DNA from: Trypethelium eluteriae
Taxonomy: Eukaryota
Direction of reading: 5' to 3'
Assembly: GCA_051942245.1 (NCBI GenBank)
Contig: JAVECL010000170.1
Coordinates: forward strand, 1-40,328
DNA: 40,328 nt
Positions 11,401-23,508 of the stretch are shown here, piece by piece. Position 1 is the first letter of the stretch. Every line of letters begins with the position of its first letter. The translations under genes were made by a program, and so were the position numbers. The notes under the pieces are model-generated. The model did not search any database. It saw only the letters and a list, made by a program, of their open reading frames with translations, and was not told the origin of the DNA.

Positions 11401-14400
11401 GTGACGACACCATTCAATCTCTCGGACTGGATACAATCTTTCCCGAACTTTTTGCCAAAGCCCCAATAAAAGATACAGTGAAGCTGCAAACAATGCTCTT
11501 TGCTCTTCAATATGCATGCGCCATGTGTTGGCTCGACTGTGATGTGAATATCAAAGGAGTTGTTGGCCACAGCTTTGGAGAGATCACGGCGCTTTGCGTG
11601 TCGGGAGTACTCAGCCTACAAGATGCCATCAAGCTTGTCGCAGGGCGTGCCAAATTGATAAGAGATGTATGGGGTCTCGATCCAGGGTCAATGATGGCGG
11701 TGGAGGCAGATTTGATCGTGGTGCAAAGACTTCTAGCTGAGGCAAACCAACAATGTGAAGGAGGGTATCCAGCCAGTATCGCATGCTATAATGGCCCACG
11801 CAGTTTTACTCTCGCAGGATCAGCTGAGGCTATGACGGCTGTTGCGACCATAATATCCACGACGGCCGAGTTCGCATCGATCAAGAATAAAAGACTGAAT
11901 GTCACGAACGCCTTCCACTCGACGCTCGTAGAGCCACTCCTACCGGCTCTTGAAGAGATTGGCCAAGACCTCACTTTCAACGAACCTACAATCCCGCTTG
12001 AAAGAGCAACCGAAACGAGAGCAGCCACATCGAAGTTGACTCCTAAATTCGTACCCGATCACATGAGAAATCCCGTCTTCTTTAATCACGCACTCCAGCG
12101 GCTCGCCAAAGACCACCCATCGTGTATCTGGCTTGAAGCAGGCTCTTCCTCCACTATCACCATTATCGCTCAACGAGCGCTTGGATCGGCGCCCGAAATG
12201 CACTTCCAGGCGATGAACCTAACCAGCGATCGAGGGATGGAGAATCTCAGCGAAGCCACCGTCGCGCTCTGGAACGAGGGCCTGCGCTTCACGTTCTGGC
12301 CTCACCATACCTCGCAAACATATGAATACGCACCACTGCTGCTGCCGGCGTATCAGTTCGAAAAGTCACGGCACTGGCTCGAATTCATGCCAGTAACGGA
12401 CGCCAATCTCAGGCATCTGCAACGTGAAGAACCGCAAATACATCCTGACATACCGCTCGGCTTATGGACATTTACGGGCTTTGAGGACCCCGACCAGCGT
12501 CGCGCGCGCTTTCGTATCAACACAGGAACGGAAAAGTATAGGTCCTTCGTCCTAGGTCACGTTGCCGTGCAAACGGCGCCAATCTGTCCCGCGACACTTG
12601 AGATCGATATGGCCATCGAGGCGCTGTTTAGCTTGGTCTCGGACGCGGAAGCCGCGCTCGGATTGCAGCCCATCGTGCGGGATGTGCAGAATCACGTGGC
12701 GTTGTGCATCGATCCAGCAAGAGCCGTATGGCTGGATCTCGAGGCCTCGGAAAAGTCTATGTGGCGGGACTGTGAATGGAAAATCGTAACCACGCCACTC
12801 CATAGCGATGGACGCGCAGGTGAGATGCTCTGCGTGCAGGGTCGTATTGCACTCCGCCGGTCAGAAGATGTGGGATACCAGATGGAATTTGGCCGATTCG
12901 AGCGCCTGGTCAGCCACCAAGCCTGCGCTGACCTTCTCCTTGATGCTGCTGATGAGGCCGACGACATACTGAAGGGTCGCAATGTTTATCGCGCGTTTAG
13001 CGAGGTTGTCGATTATGGGGAGTACTATCAGGGCGTGGAGCGTGTAGTAGGCAAGGGGAATGAGTGCGTCGGTCGCGTAAAGATGCGACATTCCAGTGAT
13101 ACGTGGTTGGATGTCCCCGTGTTGGATAGCTGTACCCAGGTTGCGGGTCTCTGGGTCAATTGCATGACCGACCGCCCGCCAGAGGACATGTTCCTGGCCA
13201 CCGGCTGCGAAATGATCATGCGCTCGTCTAGGGATGGAAAGGCCAAGAAGCCTGAGACCTATAACGTCCTTGCGCGCCACCATCGCGAGTCTGACAAAGC
13301 ATTCTTGGCGGATGTTTTCGTCTTTGATGCGACGGATGGCCAGTTGGTCAGATTGATACTGGGTATTCGATATAGCAAAATGACAAAAAGGAGCATGAAA
13401 AAGATTTTGACCAGGCTGACGGGGGATCCTTCTGTTCTAAGATCCAAACCAGACGCCGCTACTGTGGAAGAAGCGCATACGGGCACATTCGGCGCACCGT
13501 CACAGATCGAGATCACGCCAGAGGAAAAGATGACCCAGCCAGTTGTGGTCAATACTAGCAGCGGGTCCTCGCATCCTGACATTCGGGGCGATCTGAGGGT
13601 GCTGGTGGCCAACGTCTGTGGCCTTCAGGCTGAGGAGATAGAAGAAGACAGAGAAATGGCCGATTATGGTATCGACTCCCTCATGGGCATGGAGCTCAGT
13701 CGTGAGGTGGAAAACAAATTCAAATGTAAGCTGGACCTAGTGGATCTGATAGAAGCAACTACCTTCCGAAAATTCGTGGCCTGTCTATCCAAAGCCCTGT
13801 ATGGCGACGATTATCAACGTGGTGAAGAGTCGAGTGAAGATAGCGATGCATGCTGTTCGAATGGAGGCGCTACGTCTTCAGAAAGACTGAGCGAGACAAC
13901 TTCTGCTTCGACCCCTCCTATCCTCGAGGATCCTGGTATGCTTTCATACGATGATCAAGTACAAGAACAAGAAAAATCAGTTGCTGGAATTCCACTCAAT
14001 GGCAGCACCATCGTTGACTTGCAGTTGTCTCCTCTGGATATCCTAGCATCCTTTGGCGAGGTAAAATGGTCCACCGACAAACGTCTTCAGAACGCCAGCC
14101 TTGATGACACCGACGCTGTCATCATTGCCCGTTCCAATCGGCTGTGCGTCGCACTTGTAATCGAGGCATTCGAGAAACTCGGCTGTCCGTTGCGCACCGC
14201 CTCAGAAGGTCTAGTCCTACCACGGATCCCACACCAGCCCCAGCACGCCCGTTTCGTCGATTGGCTGTACAGATTCCTAAGCATTGAGGCGCGTGTCGTT
14301 GACCTACATTGCGGTGAGGTCACCCGCAGCAGCATGTCCGCACCACGCAAGTCCAGCGAAGAGTTATATCACGAGCTCTTGCGGGTGTCAGATACATGGC

Positions 14401-16454
14401 TAAATGCACACAAGTTGGCCTACTTCGCAGGGAAACACCTCGCCAATGTGCTGTCTGGGACGACGGACGGTATCTCTGTGCTGTTCGCTTCTGCCGAGGG
14501 TCGCGCTCTCGTGGAAGGCCTCTACTGCGACTTGCCGTACAATCGGCTAGCGTACGAGCAGATGTGCGACGTTATTAAGAATCTGACCACGAAGATGTCA
14601 CGGGCGCAGCAAGGTCCGTTGAAGATTCTGGAAATGGGCGCCGGCACGGGAGGGACAACGCGCATCCTGGCGCCGTTTCTGGCTGAGCTGAATGTTCCGG
14701 TGCAGTACACATACACGGACTTGTCACCAAGCATGGTCGCCCAGGCAAGGAGACGGTTTAAACAGTATCCGTTCATGCATTTTGCTGTACATGACATCGA
14801 GAAGCCGCCAGCTGCCGAATTGACAGGCCAACATATCGTGCTAGCGAGCAATGCGGTTCACGCAACCCATGACCTGCGAGTGTCTGCGAGCCACATCCAT
14901 GAGGCGTTGAGTGAGGATGGCTTTCTCATGCTGACAGAAATGACAGAGGGCATCCCTTTTGTAGATTTAGTCTTTGGTCTTCTTGAGGGGTGGTGGCTGT
15001 TCAGTGATGGACGCTCGCATGCGCTTGTTTCTGAGAAGAAATGGGAGGAGGAGTTGCAGACTGCTGGCTTTGGTCATGTCGACTGGACGGACGGTGAATT
15101 GCCAGAAAATAAGATCCAGCGCGTCGTCATGGCGATGGCGTCTGGTCCAGTGAGGAGTAAACTGCCACAACCTCAGGTACTACGATCAGAGGAGAGAATC
15201 GCGCCTCAGATCGAAGCCGTCCGCGAAGCCGAGGCTGAGAAATATATCATCAAATACTCCGCCGGCTTCGACACTGGTGGAGCCCAATCCTCCACTCCGG
15301 GTATGAAATCACAAAGCTCTAGCAGCACCGTGCTCATAACCGGTGGCACCGGTAGTCTGGGCGCACACCTCGTTGCCGCATTCGCTCTGCGTTCTGATGT
15401 CTGCACCGTGATTTGCCTGAATCGGCAGAGTAACAACACCTTGCCTGAAGCTCGCCAACAGGAAGCCTTCACATCTCGTGGGATCAATCTACCTTCGGTG
15501 GCTCAGGCAAAGCTCAAGGTTCTCGAGATAGACGGAGCAAAATCGGATCTGAGCCTACCGAAGGAGACGTATGCGTATCTCGCGAGCAATTTGACGCATA
15601 TTGTCCACAATGCCTGGCCCATGAGTGGGACAAGGGCCCTTCACGGGTTTGAGCCACAGTTCGCGATGCTCAGGAATCTGATTGACCTCGCAGCGGCAGC
15701 ATATCACCATCAGGGGAAGCCGGTGACTTTTCAGCTGATTTCCTCCATCGGCATTGTCGGCAACCACCCAGTTGATGCCTTCGATACCGAAGTCCAAGAA
15801 ACCCGTGTGCCCCTAACTTCTGTCCTCCCTCTTGGCTACTGTGAGGCCAAGTGGGTGTGCGAGCGCATCCTCGATGAGACGCTGCACCGATATCCCGATT
15901 ATTTTCGCACGATGGTCGTCCGCCCAGGACAGATTGCAGGGAATAGCACGAGCGGATGTTGGAATCCAGTCGAGCACTTGCCCTTCCTCATCAAGTCCGC
16001 GCAATCTTTGCAAGTATTTCCGGAGTTGCACGGGAGAATGCAATGGGTGCCTGTCAATGAGGTTGCGGGAACGATTGTCGACTTAGCAATGCGTGGCGGG
16101 GAAGTTTCTCCAGTCTACCATATAGATAATCCTGTTGGGCAAGCATGGGAAGAGATGGTGCCGCTTTTGGCAAGAGAATTGGGCATCCCTGAGGGAGAGG
16201 GGAGAATAATTCCGTTTGACGATTGGGTACGCAAAGTAAGGCGAAGTCCGCTGTCGATGGAAACGGATAATCCCGCTTTAAGGCTGATCGATTTCCTGGA
16301 GGGGAACTTTAGGCGCATGTCATGTGGCGGTCTGATCCTGGGTACAGCTACAGCCAGGCTACATTCCGCGACACTGGCTGCACTGGGACCTATCTCTGAT
16401 GAGGTGGCGACGAGGTATATAAGAGCGTGGAAAGCGACTGGTTTTTTGACTTGA
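8493..16454 (+). CDS. Iterative non-reducing polyketide synthase SAT-KS-AT-PT-ACP-CMeT-R (aldehyde-releasing clade of AfoE/AzaA/CitS/TropA), ~2636 aa
   Basis: Exons 8493-10480 and 10532-16454; 51-nt intron GTGAAT..CTGAC..CAG restores RISSTTVNQN. Motifs: SAT LLFGPQ, GFCTG, GRFH; KS DTACSGS, EAHGTGT, KGLIGH; AT GHSFG, NAFHS; PT His (LGHVAV) and Asp (VLDSCTQ); one ACP GIDSLMGMEL; C-MeT ILEMGAGTGG; terminal R domain TGGTGSLG, HNAW, YCEAK. Confidence 0.97.
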
Positions 16455-17391
16455 TGTTCAGAGAATGCATATCCATGGGCATTGGAGAAGGCTTTGTAAA
16501 GTACATCCCATCTGATTTTCCACAATTGATGTCTAAAGGGCCGGATCGAGAAATTTTTATGATAGAGGATGACATTGGTATTATCTGTAGTCTAGTTTTA
16601 ATTAAGGTTGTCTATGAGTAACCTCGCCATCGATCGGTGGAGAAGCAGCTTCCCTTTTTTGTGCGGATCCTTATGCTTAGACCTACCAAAGTTTGATACC
16701 GCTCTTGACTGGCTCGTTTTACATCATTTTACCATTGTTCCAGTAGGGGTAAATTATGTTCGTCAAGCCTTTGCGATTGGCGTACTGGATTGATGTGACA
16801 GACCCCTGGTGTTCTATCTGACAGCACACGACAAGAATATTGAGGACCTGGTTGGATAGAGGTAGCAAGAACTTCCATCTTGATCGTTTCTAATCTCTAA
16901 TTACTCAACACACTCACTGTGACGACGACCATCTGCACAAACAACAGCCAATCCATTTGTCTGCATCCGACTCCCCTCGTCGAGTGCACTTCACTTCACT
17001 TTGACTTCCTTCCTCATTATCACGACTACGCAAGTCACATCGCCAATGTGCTCGAGTCAACCCTCGCAACAAATGTGTCTATAATACAAATACGAAGGTA
17101 TGAGTGCATCATGCAACGCAGGCGATGCAAGAAATTCAGACTGCCGCCCCACAAGGACCATTCCGGTTTGCAAGGCAACACGAACAGACAAAGCACAAAT
17201 CGCTTACCACGCGCACGCGTAAACGAGGGATATTTTGCGAAGAACGAACCGTGGAAGTGGCAAGGAAAAAAAAAGAGAGAGTCGTTGCTCGTGGCATGCC
17301 GTAGAGAATGCAGTCATTGTTGCTCGTAAAACGAAATTTATCGGATTGGTCCGCTGTTTTTGAAAGAGAAAAAAAGCGGGAAGGTCGTGCA

Positions 17392-18078
17392 TCAGGGTGG
17401 TGAAGACTCATCATCTGCGTCGAATTCCTCGAGTCCTGGTGTGGCCCTTACGGGGGTGTTGGGTTGCTCAGGTCCATGGTGCTGCGTTGTGGCTCCAACC
17501 TGAGCTTCAGATGCCCCAGTCGATGGACGATCTGGGAGAGCTGTGGTTTCGAAGGGATCCGAAGTGTCAGCGCGATCAACGCTTTCAGCTGAGGACAGCT
17601 CAGCTTCTTCGGTGCCATGAGGTACGGATTCCTCAGCTTCCTCCTCTTCCTGTATTTTTGGAAGCCTGGGACTACGTTCTCCGAGTTCTATGGCTTCAGA
17701 CGGTTCGTTATGCCATGTCCCTGGCATGTCGTTGGCCTTCCTCTCCACAGGAACCTCATATGTGGGATCCTGTGTTAGCAGACTTCCAGCCTGCGCATTT
17801 TGCCGACGAATCTGAAAGGCAGCCGAGGGCCCAGCCGCAGCAGCCCGAGTAGAAGAGCGAGGCAGGTGCTCGGCCGGTGGTGGAAGCGCTCCTCTTATGA
17901 AACTTCCACTACCTCTTCCGTCGTCTCCGTTCTCATCGCGAACTACGGCGCTACGCCTTCGAAGTTTATTGAATTGTGCATTGCGATTTTCCAAGAGATA
18001 ATCGTCGGAGCCTGAGCTAACGCCAGTACCGCTGCTGTTGCCATCGCCATTACTACCGGTACTATCGTTTTGGACCAT
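17392..18078 (-). CDS. Hypothetical acidic, low-complexity protein, 228 aa
   Basis: Uninterrupted 687-nt ORF with CATCATGG start context, CA-rich leader and E/D/S/P/G-rich composition; no family recognised. Confidence 0.55.
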   Translation of the reverse strand: MVQNDSTGSNGDGNSSGTGVSSGSDDYLLENRNAQFNKLRRRSAVVRDENGDDGRGSGSFIRGALPPPAEHLPRSSTRAAAAGPSAAFQIRRQNAQAGSLLTQDPTYEVPVERKANDMPGTWHNEPSEAIELGERSPRLPKIQEEEEAEESVPHGTEEAELSSAESVDRADTSDPFETTALPDRPSTGASEAQVGATTQHHGPEQPNTPVRATPGLEEFDADDESSPP

Positions 18079-18211
18079 GATGTCAGCCTCAATGCCAGAA
18101 TTGCAAGGTGCTGATGTTGATGTTGATGCTGATGACAGAGTTGATTAAAGTATATTATGTGCGTATGTGGGAGAAGCTGGAGTGTAAGTGTGGAGTGAGG
18201 TGATCGATCCC

Positions 18212-20066
18212 TCACGATCGATAGTACCGGTTCTCAGGTGGATCCGGATTCGTAACCTGTGGTGGACTGTAAGCAAATGTCTTCACATGACCTAAACCAG
18301 ATTACAAGAGGCACAACTTACCCCTAGCGGCCTCGTGTAATCTCTGTTGTCCTGTATCGTCCCGATACTGGTTTGGCTACCATTGTCCCCCATCATTAGC
18401 GCATTAGGATTTAATCTTGAATCAACAAACATCAACCTGCTATTCCTTCTCTCCGCTGTTGCCGTGCTCGCACTATGAGGCGCCGACTCTCCCATCGCCG
18501 CGCTCGCTCCCATTGAACCTCGTCGTCCTAACTGTGAATGCGATGTATTAACAAACAAGTCAGGCTTCTCGGTCATGGGAGGAGCGGGCTCGGAGCTGAG
18601 CAATCCGGTGCGTGATAGAACACTTGCCTGCCTTCCAGGGATTAATTTACGGACGGGACTAAAATGACCATTTCGGGGACGCTCAACGTCGTTACTGGAT
18701 CTTTTGTTGCGGCGAATAAGGAAGTAGACTAGTGCGGCTAGAGCGATACCACCAAGGACTCCAGCAACGATACCACCAATGGCACCACCGGAAAGATTCT
18801 TGTCTTCACGTTGAGGCTGGAGATACGACTGTGGTGGCTCAGATGGCATTGAAGTAACAGTCTGTGTCACTATTGCGCCACTAACCGTGATGACTTCGAG
18901 TGAAGTGACCGGCGTTGGTGTCCACGTTGATGATGGTGGGGGAGTATCTGAGCTCGAATCCGAAGTCGGAGCTGGAGTTGGCGTGGCGGTAGTTGAGGGA
19001 GGTGGAGGTGATGAAGAACTTGGGGGAGGCGAGGAGGAAGTCGATGTTGACGATGTTGATGGAGTGTCGGTGGATGACTATTCTGTGTTAGTACCAGCTA
19101 AAAGAGCGTGTTGATTCAAGATTGTCGCAATGGTGATGAGAGCAGCATACAGGAGATATATATGATACAATTGTTGTCGGCGGCGGGCGCGCCGTGGTAG
19201 TTTGAATAATGGTAGAAGGTTGCGGTGGCGGACTCGAAGAGCTCGGCGCAGCCGAAGTCTGTAAAAGACGAACGTCAAAAAGGACGCCCAAGAAAATACA
19301 AAGCAAGGGGCAGAAAAAAGGAAAGAAAAGAAAACGAAAGAAAAGGTAATTTTCCTGTCCCATCGGTACCTGGCCCAGAGGCGTCACAAGATCCAGCTTG
19401 GGCGCATCATCCATGAAGGACCAAGCAAGGAGTGGCTGGGTTCCAGGCTTCACCAAGGAGCGAAGGACCGATGGGCCAGATTGAATGCACCATCCAACAT
19501 AGAATATAGAGTAGTCGCTGAGAAAATCAAAGAGCTAAGGCTAAATAGGAGGAAGGTAGCTTACCGATTGAGTCTGTGGAGCACTACTAGTAGGGGGCTG
19601 ACTGGTACTCGAAGGCGCGCTGGATGATGTAGGTGAACTGGCCCCGAGGGTTCCAGATGGGGCCCTATTCAACGCAATGTATCCGAAAAGTCCGTTGCCT
19701 CCACATTTATCACTTGGGAACCCTGGACAGTTATTCTGGCAGTTGCTGGTCGATTGTTGGTCGGCCGGAATATAATTCGAACACCAGCACATATTGCCCT
19801 GGACAATGGCGAAAGCATATTCATCCTTGCATTGGTCGAAGCAAAGGCCGTTTGACTGATAGATGCTCGACTCTGTCAAACACAAGGATTAGCAACTTGA
19901 CCTGAAGATTCCCAAACGGCCTGTGACTCCGGCCGGGATACTTACGTCCAGCATTACCGGAGCCGGTGTTCTGATTTGAGCAGTACTGTTGCGACAAAGC
20001 AGCCACCCGACCAACAAAGAAAGCTAGAGCGAGGAGCGACATCCGGTCATGGGCCTGACCCGCCAT
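18212..20066 (-). CDS. wsc1: WSC-domain cell wall integrity sensor (Wsc1/Slg1-like), ~445 aa
   Basis: Exons 20066-19946, 19872-19565, 19258-19151, 19077-18322, 18256-18212, all in frame. Signal peptide, Cys-rich WSC domain (YQSNGLCFDQC..AFAIVQGNMCWCSN..CPGFPSDKCG), S/T/P stalk, TM GGAIGGIVAGVLGG, tail DSRLNP..DNRDYTRPLGVTNPD. Start could instead be 20081 or 20042. Confidence 0.92.
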
Positions 20067-23000
20067 GCGTGAGCACCTCATCTTGAATCCGGGAGATCCC
20101 ACGTCGAGCTCAACTCGAGGCCAGTGAATTTCGTAGTATTGTCGGGACAGAAGTGGTAATGTGGCAAATGGCGTGTGCAGGCCAGATGTCCTGAGGACGA
20201 CGACAAGTGAATGCGTCGAAGTGTATCGAGGTCGGGTCCAGGATCGCCCGGGGCGTGGTAGCTATGGGCAACAATTCGGCTTGGAGAGTGTTGACAAAGT
20301 GGAGGTGCAGTCAACGAAGAGGATGCCACATGAAGTGCGAGGATTCGGCGTATCAAGTGGAACAGCGAGGGTGTATTGATGAATCCGGTATGAATTTGTT
20401 ACGTGCTTGTGCTCCGGTAACGATAGAGACTGTTGAATGTGCTATTCAACTCGCAGAGTGACTAGCATTCTCTCGACCTGCGGTGAATGAGGAGAATGAG
20501 GACCAGCAGAAGCGAGAGTCGGGGAAAGGGCGATTAGCGAACCATGGAAACAAAAATAGAAAGGTACTGATGATCGGTACCGAGGGAAGGAGGAAGACGG
20601 TGACGGGGAGGAGAAGGTGAGCAGGAGAATGATCGTTGTCGAGAAGAGATGTGCTCCAAGCCCGTGGAGAGAGGCGGGAAAGGGCAATCGCAAAGACTGG
20701 AAAAGATTATTGAACGCGCTACGCTCAACTCGGGCAGCTGGAATCCCGGTCTTCCTGCAGTCGTGCCAGTCTTGCACCAATGCATAGCGACATTATTACC
20801 CAAGGGTGCAAGCTTAGCGGAAGCTTAGGGCACTTCTTACCCGCCCCCGGCTCTGTCGCGTCTTGTCTAATCCTGTCCTATCCGTCCATAGGTGGGTGGG
20901 TGGGTGATAGGAAAGTCGCTTGGGGCTCCACCGAGATACATTCGTTGAGCTATGCTATGCTGTGCTATCCCACCGTGCCCACCTTCTCCTCCTGTTACTG
21001 CCTCCCGGAGACCCGACATCCATCCGTTCTCTAGCCGCCCACGCTGTCCATACACCGTCGACCACCTCAAAAATTGCGATCTGCGCCTACCTCTGTGGCC
21101 TCTACCGCTTCACCATCGAAATCTTCGACGCTCATGACGCGACCATGGCAGACGCGGAGAATTCAGTTGATGGGCGTGTCCGCCGTGCCGGATAATAAGA
21201 TCTGCAATGCAAAAGGCAAAACGGGTGAGAGGGGGGAGTGGCAATACGGCAGCAGACACAGCAGAGAACATGTGCGACCGATTACCCAGTCACCGTGGTA
21301 CGCATCCGGACTCTGCACGTCTGCCGCAGACTACACCTAGAACCCCCCAATCGTAAGAAAAGTGACTTCATGAGAGGCTTCACGTCGTATTCTACCTTCC
21401 AAACCAGCACTTCGATACATATCGCGGCAGGGCAGCCAGCTCATCCTTGTAGCGATCATGCGGGGAGGACACCATCTTCTCCTGCTTCTCGTCCCCTCAT
21501 TGGTCAATCCGTGTCTTTGCGTACCTCATATCCGCCGCTCCACGCAATTGTTTGCCTCATGATCTCCATCCGGCCAAGGGCCGTTATCGAGAAAGATGCA
21601 GCCCCATGGTCCCCGACTCAGTCCATTCCGCCACTCCGTATGGAGTACTTCTTATCTCTAGAGCATGTGACGGTTGTTCTGAAACCACGCCACAACAGCA
21701 TCACCTCATCTCATAAACTTCAGAAGACCCAGAAAGTTGACTCAGTGCGACCGGTAAAGTGTGGGCTTCATCACCGTCATGGTGCCATGATCCCTTTGTT
21801 GGTCCCAGTCGTCCAACACGGGGATTCCATCACCAACGTTGGCTAAGCACTAGCCTGCTTCAGCGATTGCTTTCCCAAACAAGATCGTCCAGTACAAAAC
21901 CGGATGGAGGAGGATTGTTTACGGAAGAACCCCTTAGACTTTACGGCTTTTTCCTCGTGCTGTTTAAGGGGTCTCAACGACGTAACCGCGCCGCCTGTCT
22001 AAAATGTCTCGGCATCTATCATTCAGAGAAGCTCTCAATGACTGGAAGAAACTGCGATGCCTTATGCGCTGTTCTCCAATCCTCCAATCCGGTAGTTAAT
22101 GGGGCAACTACGTGAAAGTCATCGGCGACATGTAGATGCCGTCAGAATTAACAGCACATCGGAACGCGCGGAGTTGCTTTCACTCCAGCCGTTCCCTTCC
22201 TGAAAACCACCCGCCCTTTCCATTCAAAACGCGCAATGAAACTACTCACCCGTCAGCAGCCACCGAGCCGATTTCAGTTCGCTGGGCCCGTGTCTTCTCG
22301 AACCGAACTGACAAGCTCGCCAATCCACCCAGCCGGTCAGCATGTAATAGTCGCAGCGGATGTGGCGTGACGCCTAAAAGTTTCCCAAGAACCGAAGGTG
22401 TCTATTAGGTTTGGACGTCTCTCCCCTGAACAAGAGCCGCAAAAACGATGCTTGTGCTTGCGCTAAGGTAGGCAGAGCGCGTGCTCAGGAGTTGCCGTGA
22501 TTGCCACCATTGCGATGGCAAAGCGTGTGGAATAGGGTTATCTTTTAATAATACATTCCATCACCTTTAGTCATATTTTCAAAGCGTACCTACCAATACA
22601 GTACCTTCAAGCTCCATGAGATCAGCTCTCGGGTGCCGTTGATACGATGATGATCCTTCCATCTCGATCGCGACATGATGCGTGGAATGCAGACGGCGGG
22701 AGACAAAGGGTGAAAGCAAACACCCGCTCGCGTGGAGCTCCTGTCAACAGATCTGAAACGCTGGAATCCTTTCGTAGGGGTTTTGGCATGGAGGGCAAGC
22801 TGACTGGTCGGCACTTCCAAATCTCGAGCCGCTGTTGCATGCGTTCTGGAGATCATCATTTCTTGGCGATTGCCGGCGCCCGCCACGCCCGCTGTGATGG
22901 AAGATACTTGGGAGGCTCTGCGCGGCTAATCCCACTACTACTCTCACCAGAGCGAAATATTGTATAAAACTTGAAGCTGGCATTCGATGCTCCTTGTTGC

Positions 23001-23508
23001 TAATACGTCAGCTACAAAAATCAGAGGGAAAGGGTGTACGACACTCTTGGGTTTATGATTGTGCCCGTGATACCCATTGCAGTGTTCATTCACCGCGCTC
23101 TAAAACCCATATCTAAGTAACAAAGTCCCTTCTGTCGGAAGGCATTCGGATGCGCCTCATAAGAAGATATTGTCCTAATCTAGTCACTGTGATCTGGAAG
23201 GTATTCGACGAGCCGAACCCTCATCTTGTCCACCCTCGAGTGGCTGTTCAATCGGCGCCAGGCAAAATTCGTTTTCCAATCCATGCCGCCATTCAATACC
23301 AATTGGTCAGTAAGCTCTATGGCAGGCGACTTCGGTCACGAAATTTAACATTCATTCTCTTATTGATTTGCAGCGTACATATAGTCTCATTCATAGATTC
23401 CAGGTGAATCAAAAAAGGCGGCCTTAAGTCGTGCAGTATTTACAGAATAATACTCAAATCCTCCTATATATGAAGTATATTGCCGGCTGAGTCTTTTGAA
23501 GCCTTGAC

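Noticed and set aside
9238..16525. Many short antisense ORFs over the PKS
   Set aside because: Shadow frames of the long coding sequence with no motifs.
20100..23400. Short ORFs upstream of WSC1, including 21238..21846
   Set aside because: No recognisable motifs or coherent splice structure; treated as promoter/intergenic DNA.
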